From assembly GCA_025928015.1 (NCBI GenBank), contig JAICKJ010000003.1:1-36560 (forward strand): DNA of 36,560 nt, in the 5' to 3' direction. The translations under genes were made by a program, and so were the position numbers. This document shows, one piece after another, positions 17,542 to 27,217 of the stretch. Within the stretch, counting starts at the first letter, position 1; every line of letters starts with the position of its first letter. Source of the DNA: Thermomicrobiales bacterium (GTDB lineage Bacteria > Chloroflexota > Chloroflexia > Thermomicrobiales > UBA6265). The notes under the pieces were generated by a model. It was given only the letters and a program-made list of their open reading frames with translations. It did no database searches and was not told the origin of the DNA.

Positions 17542-18867
17542 ATGAGCGATCTCGTCCTGCGACACGGGTGGGTCATCGACCCGGCGAACGGCATCGACGG
17601 CGTCACGGACGTCCTGATCCGCGACGGGACGATTGTGGCGGTTGGCGAGGTCGGCGAGACGCCCGGCGTGCCCGACTATGACGCGACCGGGCTGGTCGTC
17701 TGCCCGGGGCTGATCGACGTCCACGTCCATCTCCGCGTGCCGGGGTTCGAGCAGAAGGAGACGCTCGCGACCGGGACCGCCGCCGCGGCCGCCGGCGGCT
17801 TCACGACCGTCTGCTGCATGCCGAACACGAAGCCGGCGCTCGACTCGCCCGAAGTGGTCGAGGATCTGCAGCACCGCATCCGGCGCGAGGCAGCGATCCG
17901 CGTGCTGCCGATCGCGACGATCACCCGCGGCCGCTCAGGCGGCGAGGCGGTCGATTTCGCGGCGCTCGCCGATGCCGGCGTGATCGGCTTTTCGGACGAT
18001 GGCGACACGACCGCGAACAGCGCGATCATGCGGCAGGCGCTGGAAGCCTCGAAGGAACTTGGCCTCCCGGTCATCGTCCACTGCGAGGACAAGGCTCTGG
18101 CGTCCGGCGCGATGAACGAGGGCGACGTCTCCCGCCGCCTCGGCATCACGGGCATCCCCTCGGAGGCGGAAGAGATCATCATCGCCCGCGACCTGATCCT
18201 GGCCGAGCTGACCGGTGGCTGGCTGCACGTCTGCCACGTCAGCAGCGCGCGCGGGGTCGCGTTGATCCGCGAGGCGAAGCGGCGCGGCGTTCACGTCACC
18301 GCCGAGGCGATGCCGCACCACCTGACGATGGACGACGAGTGGGTGGCCGGCTCGCGTCACCTGCTCAACGTGAGTGAGCCGGACGGGCGGTCGGGCGAGC
18401 CGGCCGATCCGAACACCAAGGTCAATCCGCCACTGCGGACGGCGCTGGACACCCGCGCGGTCCTCACCGGGCTGCTCGATGGCACGCTCGACTGCCTCGC
18501 GACCGACCACGCGCCCCATGCGGCGCCGGAGAAGCAGGGCAGCAGCTATGAAAACGCCGCCTTCGGGATGAGCGGCTCGGAATTTGCGCTGCCACTGACG
18601 CTCGCGCTCGTCCGCGCCGGGCATCTCTCGCTTTCCGAGCTGATCTCGAAATGGACGGTCGAGCCGGCGAAGCTCCTGGCGGGTGAGCGTGGCTCGTTGA
18701 CGCCGGGCGTCGCTGCCGACATGACCGTCTTCGACCCGGACGCGGCCTGGACGGTCTGCGCCGAGAACCTGAAGACGAAGAGCCCGAACACACCGCTGCT
18801 CGGCATGACGATGCGCGGGCAGGTGAAACTGACGTTGGTCGATGGAGAGGAGCGCTATCGTGCCTGA
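17542..18867 (+). CDS. pyrC: Dihydroorotase
   Basis: PGLIDVHVHLR, MPNT, HCED, KVNPPLR and ATDHAPH motifs. GGAGG SD before ATG 17542. Confidence 0.95.
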   Translation: MSDLVLRHGWVIDPANGIDGVTDVLIRDGTIVAVGEVGETPGVPDYDATGLVVCPGLIDVHVHLRVPGFEQKETLATGTAAAAAGGFTTVCCMPNTKPALDSPEVVEDLQHRIRREAAIRVLPIATITRGRSGGEAVDFAALADAGVIGFSDDGDTTANSAIMRQALEASKELGLPVIVHCEDKALASGAMNEGDVSRRLGITGIPSEAEEIIIARDLILAELTGGWLHVCHVSSARGVALIREAKRRGVHVTAEAMPHHLTMDDEWVAGSRHLLNVSEPDGRSGEPADPNTKVNPPLRTALDTRAVLTGLLDGTLDCLATDHAPHAAPEKQGSSYENAAFGMSGSEFALPLTLALVRAGHLSLSELISKWTVEPAKLLAGERGSLTPGVAADMTVFDPDAAWTVCAENLKTKSPNTPLLGMTMRGQVKLTLVDGEERYRA

Positions 18868-20029
18868 GCAAACGACCGTGGACCGGCCCCGGGCCGACAC
18901 CCAGACGAAGCGCTACCGGCCGGCGACCGATGCCGCGATCGCGCTGGCGGACGGCGCCGTCTTTCGCGGCACCGCCTTCGGGGCGTCGGTCGATGGTGCC
19001 GGCGAGGTCGTCTTCACGACGACGATGACCGGCTACCAGGAGGTCTGCACCGATCCCTCCTTCCGTGGCCAGATCGTCTGCATGACCTACCCATTGATCG
19101 GCAACTACGGGCTGACGGACGCGTTCGATGAGTCGCGCCAACCGTGGATCGCCGGTTTGATCGTCCGCGAATATGCCGAGCAGCCGTCCAACTACCAATC
19201 GGATGAGACGATCGATCACTACCTCAAGCGGCATGGCATCCCAGGCATCGCCGCCGTCGATACCCGGGCGCTCACGCGGCACATTCGGTCGGTCGGCGAT
19301 ACCCGCGCCGCGCTCGTCCACAATACGACGGAGCTGAGCGACGACGATCTGATTGCGCGAGCGGAGACGGCGCCGCTGCCCGGCGAGCTGGAAGTCGTCG
19401 AAGAGGTCCGGGCGCCGGAGATTGAGACGTTCGGTCCGGAGGACGGCCCCTCGGTCGTCGTCGTCGATTGCGGCGTCAAGCGGAACATCGTCCGTTCGCT
19501 CGTCGAGCGCGGCGCTCGCGTCACGGTCGTGCCCTATGGCACGCCCTATGAGCAGATCAAGGCGCTCGCGCCCGATGGCGTCATCGTCTCACCCGGGCCA
19601 GGCGATCCGGCCAATCTCGATGACGGGCTGGACGTCGTGCGCGGGCTGCTGGCGGACGAGACACCGTATTTCGGCATCTGCCTCGGCCACCAGTTGCTGG
19701 CGCGGGCGATCGGCGCGGAGACGTCCAAGCTCAAGTTCGGCCATCGCGGCGGCAACCAGCCGGTGCGGGACGAGCGGACCGGCCACGTCACCATCACGGC
19801 GCAAAACCACAGTTACCAGGTCGATGGCGCGACGCTGCCAACGCATGGCGGCTGGCAGATCGCGCTGATCAATCTCAACGACGGCTCGGTCGAGGGTCTG
19901 GCGCACGAGACGCTGCCGGTCCTCTCGGTCCAGTTCCATCCGGAGGCCGCGCCCGGGCCGCGCGACAACGGGAAACTCTTCGATCAATTCTTGAATCTGA
20001 TCTCGAGCCGGTCGACGGCGACGCGGTAA
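18860..20029 (+). CDS. carA: Carbamoyl-phosphate synthase small subunit
   Basis: GEVVFTT..TGYQE..TDPS, SPGPGDP, GICLGHQ and QFHPEA motifs. GTG 18860 follows GAGGAG. Confidence 0.96.
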   Translation: MPEQTTVDRPRADTQTKRYRPATDAAIALADGAVFRGTAFGASVDGAGEVVFTTTMTGYQEVCTDPSFRGQIVCMTYPLIGNYGLTDAFDESRQPWIAGLIVREYAEQPSNYQSDETIDHYLKRHGIPGIAAVDTRALTRHIRSVGDTRAALVHNTTELSDDDLIARAETAPLPGELEVVEEVRAPEIETFGPEDGPSVVVVDCGVKRNIVRSLVERGARVTVVPYGTPYEQIKALAPDGVIVSPGPGDPANLDDGLDVVRGLLADETPYFGICLGHQLLARAIGAETSKLKFGHRGGNQPVRDERTGHVTITAQNHSYQVDGATLPTHGGWQIALINLNDGSVEGLAHETLPVLSVQFHPEAAPGPRDNGKLFDQFLNLISSRSTATR

Positions 20030-20042
20030 GCCGCATCAGTTC

Positions 20043-23000
20043 ATGCACGGGGGAAACGGGTTGGAAGGACCAGCTTCGGGGGAAACGCGCGCCAGAAGCG
20101 TGCTGGTGATCGGCTCGGGTCCGATCGTCATCGGCCAGGCGGCGGAATTCGACTACGCGGGCACGCAGGCCTGTCGCGCGCTGCGGGAGGAGGGGATCCG
20201 GACGATCCTCGTCAACTCCAACCCGGCGACGATCATGACCGATGAGGACATCGCCGACGCGGTCTACATCGAGCCGCTGACGCCCGACGTCATCCGCCGC
20301 GTCATCCAGCGAGAACGGCCGGACGGTCTGTTGCCGACGCTCGGCGGGCAGACGGGGCTGAATCTCGCGGTCGAAGTCTCGCGGCTCGGCATCCTCGAGC
20401 GCTATGGGGTCCGCCTGCTCGGCACGCCGCTCGAGGCGATCGAGAAGGCCGAGGACCGCGCACTCTTCAAGCAACTGCTGAATGACATCGGCGAGCCTGA
20501 AGTCTCGAGCGCGATCGTCCACAATCTCGACGAGGCCCACGCCTTCGCCGCGACGACGCCGTTGCCACTCGTCATCCGTCCGGCCTACACGCTTGGTGGC
20601 ACCGGCGGCGGCGTCGCGACGACGCCCGAGGAGCTGGACCGGATCGTCACCTCCGGCCTCAATGCCAGTCCGATTCATCAGATCCTGCTCGATCGCTCGC
20701 TTCTCGGCTGGAAGGAGCTCGAGTACGAGGTGATGCGCGACGGCGCCGATACCTGCATCACCATCTGCAACATGGAAAACATCGATCCGATGGGCGTCCA
20801 CACCGGCGACAGCATCGTCGTCGCGCCGTCGCAGACGCTCACCGATCGCGAATACCAGATGCTGCGCACGTCGGCGTTGAAGATCATCCGGGCGCTCGGG
20901 ATCGAGGGCGGCTGCAACGTCCAGTTCGCGCTCGATCCGTACACCGAGGACTACGCCGTCATCGAGGTCAACCCGCGCGTCAGCCGCTCGTCGGCGCTGG
21001 CCTCGAAGGCGACCGGCTACCCGATCGCCCGCATGTCGGCCAAGATCGCGATCGGCAAGCGGCTCGACGAGTTGACGAACGCGGTGACCGGCAAGACGAC
21101 GGCCGCCTTCGAGCCGGCGCTGGATTACGTCGTCGCCAAGATCCCCCGCTGGCCGTTCGACAAGTTCCCGAAGGGGAATCGCGCCATCTCCACCCAGATG
21201 AAGGCGACCGGCGAGGTGATGGCGATCGACCGCTCGTTCGAGGGCGCGATCCAGAAGGCCGCGCGCTCGCTGGAGACCACCGCCAAGGATCTCCTCTGGG
21301 AGCACCCGTCCTGGCAGGACGATGACGAGCTCGTGCTGGCGAAGATCAAGACCCCCAACGACCTCCGCCTCTGGGCAGTGATGGCCGCGCTCCGCCGTGG
21401 CGTCAGTGTCGAGCAAATCCACGAGCTGAGCGCGATCGATCGGTGGTTCCTGTGGAAGCTGGAGGGGCTGGTCGCGCTGGAGCGCAAGCTGGCCAAGGGC
21501 ATCCCGACGCCCGACCTGCTCTGGCGGGCGAAGCGCAGCGGCTTCTCCGACAGGCAAATCGCCCAGCTGGGCGGCGTCGCGGCCAAGGTGATCACGGGTG
21601 AGCGCCGCAAGCTCGGCATGAGCCCGGTCTACAAGATGGTCGATACCTGCGCCGGCGAGTTCGCCGCCGCCACGCCCTACTTCTACTCGACCTATGAGGA
21701 GGAGGACGAGGCCGAGCCGCTGGCGGGCAAGCGGGCGGTCGTCGTCGGCTCGGGGCCGATCCGGATCGGGCAGGGGATCGAGTTCGACTACTGCTCGGTG
21801 CAGGCGTCGCGCTCGCTGCGGGAGGCCGGCGTCGCCTCGATCATGGTCAATTCCAACCCGGAGACCGTCTCGACCGACTTCGACGCCTCCGACCGCCTCT
21901 ACTTCGAGCCGCTCGACAGCGAAAGCGTCGAGGAAATCCTGCGCCACGAGGCGGGACCCGGCTGCGACCTCCCGCCGATGATCGTCCAGTTCGGCGGGCA
22001 GACGGCGATCAATCTGGCCGCGCCACTCAGCGCGGCCGGCGCGCCGATCCTCGGCAGCTCGCTCGACTCGATCGATCTGGCGGAGGACCGCGAGCGCTTC
22101 GAGGCGTTCCTGCGCGAGTTGAACATCCCGGAGCCGGCCGGTGCGGCCGTCACCTCGTTGCGCGACGCTGAGCAGGTCGCTGCGCGGATCGGCTACCCGG
22201 TCCTCGTTCGGCCCTCCTACGTCCTCGGCGGGCGGGCGATGGAGGTCGTCTACGGCGCGGACCAGCTCGCCCGCTACATCCGCAACCAGGCGACGCTCAC
22301 GCCGGAGCACCCGGTGCTGGTCGACAAGTACCTGCTCGGCAAGGAAGTCGAAGTCGACGCGATCTGCGACGGCACGGACGTCCTTATCCCCGGCATCATG
22401 GAGCACATCGAGCGCGCCGGCGTCCACTCCGGCGACTCCTTCGCCGTCTATCCGGGCGTCAACCTCTTCCCGACCGAGGTCGAGACGATCGTCGATTACA
22501 CGACGCGGATCGCGCTCGGACTGAACGCGCGCGGGCTGATCAACATCCAGTACGTCATCCACCGGGGCCGCATCTACGTCCTCGAGGTCAACCCGCGCTC
22601 GTCGCGCACCGTGCCGTTCCTGAGCAAGGCGACCGGCGTGCCGATGGTCAAGCTGGCGACCGGCATCATGCTCGGCCAGTCGCTCAAGGAGCAGGGGTAC
22701 GAAGGCGGCCTCTGGCCACGCCAGCCGCTCTACGCGGTCAAGGCGCCGGTCTTCTCGATGGCCAAGCTGAGCGGGGTGGAGACGCACCTCGGTCCGGAGA
22801 TGAAATCGACGGGCGAGGTGATGGGGACCGACCGCTCGTTCGAAGCAGCCTTCTTCAAGGCGCTGATCGCCGCGCGGCTGGCGTTGCCGCCGCACGGCTC
22901 GATCCTGGTCACGCTCGCCGACGAGGACAAGGCCGACGCGCTGGAGATGATCAACCAGCTCGTCCAGCTCGGCTACAAGCTCTATGCGACCGAGGGCACG

Positions 23001-23306
23001 GCGGCGCTGATCGAGCGGAACAACATGCCGGTCCAGATGGTCACCAAGCGCATCGGGCGCGGCAAGCCGGATATGCTGGACGTCATCCTCGACGGCACGG
23101 TCGATGGCGTTATCAACACGCCGGGGCCAGCCGACAAGGAGATCCTCGACGGCTTCGAGATCCGTCGCGCGGCGGTCGAGCGCGGTATCCCCTGCATCAC
23201 CTCGGTCGATACGGCAACAATGATGGTCAAGGCAATGATGCAGGCGGGCGAGGTCTACACGGTCGAGCCGATCGGCTCCTACCGGCGGAAAGGGTTCGGG
23301 TACTAG
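20043..23306 (+). CDS. carB: Carbamoyl-phosphate synthase large subunit
   Basis: GSGPIVIGQAAEFDY and second-half GSGPIRIGQGIEFDY duplicated ATP-grasp domains, plus a C-terminal MGS-like domain. Confidence 0.97.
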   Translation: MHGGNGLEGPASGETRARSVLVIGSGPIVIGQAAEFDYAGTQACRALREEGIRTILVNSNPATIMTDEDIADAVYIEPLTPDVIRRVIQRERPDGLLPTLGGQTGLNLAVEVSRLGILERYGVRLLGTPLEAIEKAEDRALFKQLLNDIGEPEVSSAIVHNLDEAHAFAATTPLPLVIRPAYTLGGTGGGVATTPEELDRIVTSGLNASPIHQILLDRSLLGWKELEYEVMRDGADTCITICNMENIDPMGVHTGDSIVVAPSQTLTDREYQMLRTSALKIIRALGIEGGCNVQFALDPYTEDYAVIEVNPRVSRSSALASKATGYPIARMSAKIAIGKRLDELTNAVTGKTTAAFEPALDYVVAKIPRWPFDKFPKGNRAISTQMKATGEVMAIDRSFEGAIQKAARSLETTAKDLLWEHPSWQDDDELVLAKIKTPNDLRLWAVMAALRRGVSVEQIHELSAIDRWFLWKLEGLVALERKLAKGIPTPDLLWRAKRSGFSDRQIAQLGGVAAKVITGERRKLGMSPVYKMVDTCAGEFAAATPYFYSTYEEEDEAEPLAGKRAVVVGSGPIRIGQGIEFDYCSVQASRSLREAGVASIMVNSNPETVSTDFDASDRLYFEPLDSESVEEILRHEAGPGCDLPPMIVQFGGQTAINLAAPLSAAGAPILGSSLDSIDLAEDRERFEAFLRELNIPEPAGAAVTSLRDAEQVAARIGYPVLVRPSYVLGGRAMEVVYGADQLARYIRNQATLTPEHPVLVDKYLLGKEVEVDAICDGTDVLIPGIMEHIERAGVHSGDSFAVYPGVNLFPTEVETIVDYTTRIALGLNARGLINIQYVIHRGRIYVLEVNPRSSRTVPFLSKATGVPMVKLATGIMLGQSLKEQGYEGGLWPRQPLYAVKAPVFSMAKLSGVETHLGPEMKSTGEVMGTDRSFEAAFFKALIAARLALPPHGSILVTLADEDKADALEMINQLVQLGYKLYATEGTAALIERNNMPVQMVTKRIGRGKPDMLDVILDGTVDGVINTPGPADKEILDGFEIRRAAVERGIPCITSVDTATMMVKAMMQAGEVYTVEPIGSYRRKGFGY

Positions 23307-23311
23307 CGGGC

Positions 23312-24145
23312 ATGACGCCAACGACGACGATGCAATCAGCCGCCGGCGCGACCATGCGGCCGCGCGAGTTCCTGGCCGAATTGCTTGCCATCGAGCCGGT
23401 GATGGGTGACAGCGCGATCCTGACATTCACCGCGCCGGAAGGCTTCGCGAAGGCGGTCGGCGCAGGGCAGTTCCTCGATAGCCTCTGCCGGCCCGAGAGC
23501 GCCCACGATCCGCTCCTGCGCCGTCCTTATTCGATCTGTTCGGTCGATCGGGCGCGGAACACCTTCACGATCCTCGTCCGCCCGTACGGCCGGGGCAGCG
23601 CCTGGCTCATCAACCAGCCGGTCGGCACGCTGATCGACACCCTCGGCCCGCTCGGCAACCGGTTCGAGGTGCAGCCCAAGACCAACCGGCTGTTGCTGGT
23701 CGCCGGCGGCGTCGGCGCCGCACCACTCGTCTTGCTGGCCGAGGAAGCCGTCCGGCGCGGGCAGAGCGTGGCGTACATGATGGGGGCGCAGAACGCCGAG
23801 GGGCTGCTTCCGGCACATGTCTTGCCGGAGGAGGTCGAATACGTGGTCGCGACCGACGACGGCAGCGCCGGCGCGAAGGGGTTCGTGACCGATCTGGTCG
23901 GCGAATACCTGCGCTGGGCCGACCAGGTCTTTGCCTGCGGCCCGGAGCCGATGTTCCGCTCCCTGCGGCGGGTCGTGCTCGCCAACCGGATCGGCAATGC
24001 GCCACCGGTCCAGGTCTCACTGGAGCGGACGATGGCCTGCGGGCTCGGCGCCTGTCTCGGCTGCGTCGTCGAGACGAAGCACGGTATGCGGACGTCGTGC
24101 GTGCAGGGCCCGGTCTACGACATGGACGAGGTGATCTGGTCATGA
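23312..24145 (+). CDS. pyrK: Dihydroorotate dehydrogenase electron transfer subunit
   Basis: LRRPYS, GPLGN, GGVG, CGP and MACGLGACLGC...C (2Fe-2S) motifs. Confidence 0.93.
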   Translation: MTPTTTMQSAAGATMRPREFLAELLAIEPVMGDSAILTFTAPEGFAKAVGAGQFLDSLCRPESAHDPLLRRPYSICSVDRARNTFTILVRPYGRGSAWLINQPVGTLIDTLGPLGNRFEVQPKTNRLLLVAGGVGAAPLVLLAEEAVRRGQSVAYMMGAQNAEGLLPAHVLPEEVEYVVATDDGSAGAKGFVTDLVGEYLRWADQVFACGPEPMFRSLRRVVLANRIGNAPPVQVSLERTMACGLGACLGCVVETKHGMRTSCVQGPVYDMDEVIWS

Positions 24146-25143
24146 GCGAAGCGCTCGCCGCACCCGATACCACCGTCGATCTCGCGCCGCGCAACCCACG
24201 CGAGCTGGTCCTGCGCAACCCGGTGATGGCCGCTTCCGGCTGTTTCGGCTACGGCCAGGAGTATGCCCAGATCATCGACGTGCAGCGGCTCGGCGCCTTC
24301 GTCTCCAAGGGCATCACGCCCAAGCCGCGCGCCGGCAATGCCATGCCGCGCATCGCCGAGACGCCGGCCGGGATGCTGAACGCGATCGGCTTGCAGAACC
24401 CCGGCATCCGCGGCTTTCTCAAGAAGTATCCGCCGATCTGGCAGCACTGGCAGGTGCCGGCGATCGTCAACATCTCCGCCGAGGCGGTCGACGACTACGC
24501 GATGATGGCGCGGCTGCTCGACGAGGCCCCTGGTGTCGCCGGGATCGAGGTCAACATCTCCTGCCCGAACATCGCCGCCGGCGGCTACTGCTTCGGCTGG
24601 GATCCGGAGATGTCGGCCGACGTCACCCGCGCCGTGCGCGCGGCGACGACGCTGCCGGTCATCGTCAAGCTCAGCCCCGGCGCGCTCGACATCATCGGCG
24701 TGGCGCAAGCGGTCGAGGAGGCCGGCGCGGACGCGATCTCGCTCATCAACACCCTCGTCGGCATGACGATCGACACGCGGACGCGCCGCCCGGTGCTGGC
24801 GAACGTCACCGGCGGCCTCTCAGGTCCCGCCATCCGCCCGGTCGCGGTGCGCATGGTCTACCAGGTCGCCGCGGCGGTGAAGGTACCAATCATCGGCATC
24901 GGCGGCATCGCCTCGCTCAATGACGCGCTGGAGTTCTTCCTCGCCGGCGCCAGCGCGATTCAGGTCGGCACCGCGCTCTTCGTCCAGCCGGGCATCCTGA
25001 TGCGCCTGATCGACGAGATCGAGGCGTACCTGGCGGCGAACGGCCTCAATCAGCTCGGTGAGCTGGTCGGCCGCGCCCATCCTGCCCACCGCGCGGACGT
25101 CACGGCCGATAGTGATGTCGCCCTGGCGGTTGCGGAAGGGTGA
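24142..25143 (+). CDS. pyrD: Dihydroorotate dehydrogenase, class 1B catalytic subunit
   Basis: ASGCFG, NAIGLQNPG, NISCPN, VKLSP and GGLSGPAI motifs. ATGA overlap with pyrK. Confidence 0.95.
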   Translation: MSEALAAPDTTVDLAPRNPRELVLRNPVMAASGCFGYGQEYAQIIDVQRLGAFVSKGITPKPRAGNAMPRIAETPAGMLNAIGLQNPGIRGFLKKYPPIWQHWQVPAIVNISAEAVDDYAMMARLLDEAPGVAGIEVNISCPNIAAGGYCFGWDPEMSADVTRAVRAATTLPVIVKLSPGALDIIGVAQAVEEAGADAISLINTLVGMTIDTRTRRPVLANVTGGLSGPAIRPVAVRMVYQVAAAVKVPIIGIGGIASLNDALEFFLAGASAIQVGTALFVQPGILMRLIDEIEAYLAANGLNQLGELVGRAHPAHRADVTADSDVALAVAEG

Positions 25144-26195
25144 AGTTCCTCTACGCGCTGCTGATCATGGTGCCGGTCACCGTCGTGCTCAAGTACGCGG
25201 GCATCGGCGGTCACGCGGTCCTCTTCGTCTGTTCCGCGCTCGCGCTCATCCCGCTGGCGGCCGTCCTTGGCCGCGCGACCGATGACGTCTCGATCTACAC
25301 CGGGCAGCGGATCGGCGGCTTGCTCAACGCGACGCTCGGCAATGCCGCCGAGCTGATCATTACGATTGTCGCGCTGCGCGAGGGCCTGGTCGAGGTCGTC
25401 AAGGCGAGCATCGCCGGCTCGATCATCGGCAACATGCTGTTCGTCCTCGGCTTCTCCGTTCTCTTCGGCGGCCTGAAGCACGGCCGCCAGAAGTTCGACG
25501 CCCGCCACGCCTCGACCAACGCCTCGACAATGTCACTGGCGGTTCTGGCCCTGATCATCCCGGCCGTTTTTGCCCTCGGGAGCCCCAGGCATCGCCCGTC
25601 GGATAGCGACATCGTCCGCATCAGCGACGGCGTCGCGATCGTGCTCATCATCTTCTATGCGCTCTATCTGCTCTTCACGATCTTCGGCGGTTCGACGCCG
25701 GAGAGCGCGGCCGAGGAGGAGAGCGAGGGGCGGCTGAGCTTGCCGGTTGCGCTCGGCGTACTGGCCGTGGCGACCATCGCCATCGTCTTCATGAGCGAGA
25801 TCCTGGTCGGCGCGCTCGAGCCGACCGCCAAGGACTGGGACATGACCGAGCTCTTCGTCGGCGTCATGCTGGTGCCACTGGTCGGGAACATCGCCGAGCA
25901 CCTGGTCGCGGTCCAGATGGCGCTCAAGAACAAGATGGACCTGACATTTGGCATCGCGGTCGGCTCCGGCTTGCAGATCGCCCTCTTCGTCGCGCCGGTG
26001 CTGGTCCTGATCAGTCGCTTTGTCGGCCCCAACCCGATGACGCTCGTCTTCAATCCTTTCGAGATGATCGCGCTGATCGGCGCCGTGATCGTCGCGGTGA
26101 TGATCTCGGTCGATGGCGAGTCGAACTGGCTGGAGGGCGTCCAGCTCATTGGTTTGTATGCGATCCTCGCAATCGCCTTTTTTCTGGTGCCGTAA
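25140..26195 (+). CDS. cax: Ca2+/H+ antiporter (CAX family)
   Basis: GNAAE and GNIAEH alpha-repeat motifs, GSIIGN and ~11 TM segments. GTGA overlap with the pyrD stop. Confidence 0.92.
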   Translation: MKFLYALLIMVPVTVVLKYAGIGGHAVLFVCSALALIPLAAVLGRATDDVSIYTGQRIGGLLNATLGNAAELIITIVALREGLVEVVKASIAGSIIGNMLFVLGFSVLFGGLKHGRQKFDARHASTNASTMSLAVLALIIPAVFALGSPRHRPSDSDIVRISDGVAIVLIIFYALYLLFTIFGGSTPESAAEEESEGRLSLPVALGVLAVATIAIVFMSEILVGALEPTAKDWDMTELFVGVMLVPLVGNIAEHLVAVQMALKNKMDLTFGIAVGSGLQIALFVAPVLVLISRFVGPNPMTLVFNPFEMIALIGAVIVAVMISVDGESNWLEGVQLIGLYAILAIAFFLVP

Positions 26196-26269
26196 TGCAG
26201 TGCGGTTGAGTCGAGCTGTCAGGAGTCCGACTGGCCGCCGCAGCGATTTGTCAATCGCCAATCACCATC

Positions 26270-26389
26270 GCTGTCATTCTGACCGGAGGGAAGAATCTCC
26301 CGCCGCAGCGGCTTACATGGCCAATAGAGACGCTCATGTTGGGCAACGACGAACGAGATGCTTCGCTCTGCGGAGCTCAGAATGACAGC
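26270..26389. repeat. Palindromic intergenic repeat, copy 3
   Basis: GCTGTCATTCTGACCGGAGGGAAGAATC...GATGCTTCGCTCTGCGGAGCTCAGAATGACAGC. The left end is identical to copy 4. Confidence 0.88.
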
Positions 26390-26453
26390 CGGCAGAGGCG
26401 CGAATGATGGCACGATGTGGCCGAAGAAGGACCAATGGGGGAAAGGTTGATCA

Positions 26454-27032
26454 ATGACCCTGTTCGATGAAATGCGGGCGGTCGGCGCGCTGAAGGAGGG
26501 GCATTTCCTGCTCTCCTCCGGCCGTCACAGCGATGTATATGTCGAGAAATTCGACTTGCTGCGCAATCCGATGGCGACCTCACGCGTCTGTACCGGCTTT
26601 GCCGACCGCTTCCGCGACGAGCGGATCGACGTCGTCGTCGGCCCGACGACCGGCGGCATCCTGCTCGCCTTCGAGGTCGGGCGCCAGCTCGGCACGATGG
26701 CCGCTTACGCCGAGCGGGCGAGCGACGGCTCGACCGGGCGCGAAATCCGGCGGGGAACGACCTTCAAATCCGGCAGCCGCGTACTGGTCGTGGACGATAT
26801 CCTGACGACCGGCGGCTCGGTGCGCGAGACGCTGACGGTGCTGGAGCAGCATCCGGTCGAAGTCACCGCCGTCGCCGTGCTGGTCGATCGCAGCGCCGGC
26901 GCGACCCGCTTCGGCGATGTCCCGCTCTTCGCGCTCGCTTCTCAGAAGGTAGAGTCCTGGACGGCGGACGAATGCCCCCTCTGCAAACAGGGCATCCCGC
27001 TCGTCAAGCCCGGCACCACGGCCGTTTCCTGA
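26454..27032 (+). CDS. pyrE: Orotate phosphoribosyltransferase
   Basis: GHFLLSSGRHS, PRPP motif VVDDILTTGGS and C-terminal CPLC. Confidence 0.95.
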   Translation: MTLFDEMRAVGALKEGHFLLSSGRHSDVYVEKFDLLRNPMATSRVCTGFADRFRDERIDVVVGPTTGGILLAFEVGRQLGTMAAYAERASDGSTGREIRRGTTFKSGSRVLVVDDILTTGGSVRETLTVLEQHPVEVTAVAVLVDRSAGATRFGDVPLFALASQKVESWTADECPLCKQGIPLVKPGTTAVS

Positions 27033-27049
27033 TTCCAGCCCGCTACGCG

Positions 27050-27187
27050 GTCATTCTGACCGGAGGGAAGAATCCCCCGGCGAAGCCGGTCCGCCGCAGC
27101 GGACATTCGTGGCCAACTAGAGCGTTTGCGGTGGCAGAGGAGTGTTTCGCGCGGGGATTCTTCGGCTCTGCGGAGCCTCAGAACGAC
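27050..27187. repeat. Palindromic intergenic repeat, copy 4
   Basis: GTCATTCTGACCGGAGGGAAGAATCCCCCGGCGAAGCCGGTCCGC...GGGGATTCTTCGG...CTCAGAACGAC. Confidence 0.9.
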
Positions 27188-27217
27188 GGGAAACGATCAT
27201 GCACGCGCGGGTGGTCG

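Noticed and set aside
19875-23426. 1183-aa minus-strand ORF and similar long antisense ORFs (8691..9962, 27804..29018, 29795..31717, 32052..33491)
   Set aside because: They mirror well-supported genes on the opposite strand. They are a codon-bias artefact with no motifs.
26972-27217. Short ORFs crossing the palindromic repeats (e.g. VILTGGKNPP, CHSEARKPKNPP, CHSDRREESP)
   Set aside because: These are translations of the repeat element, without start signals.
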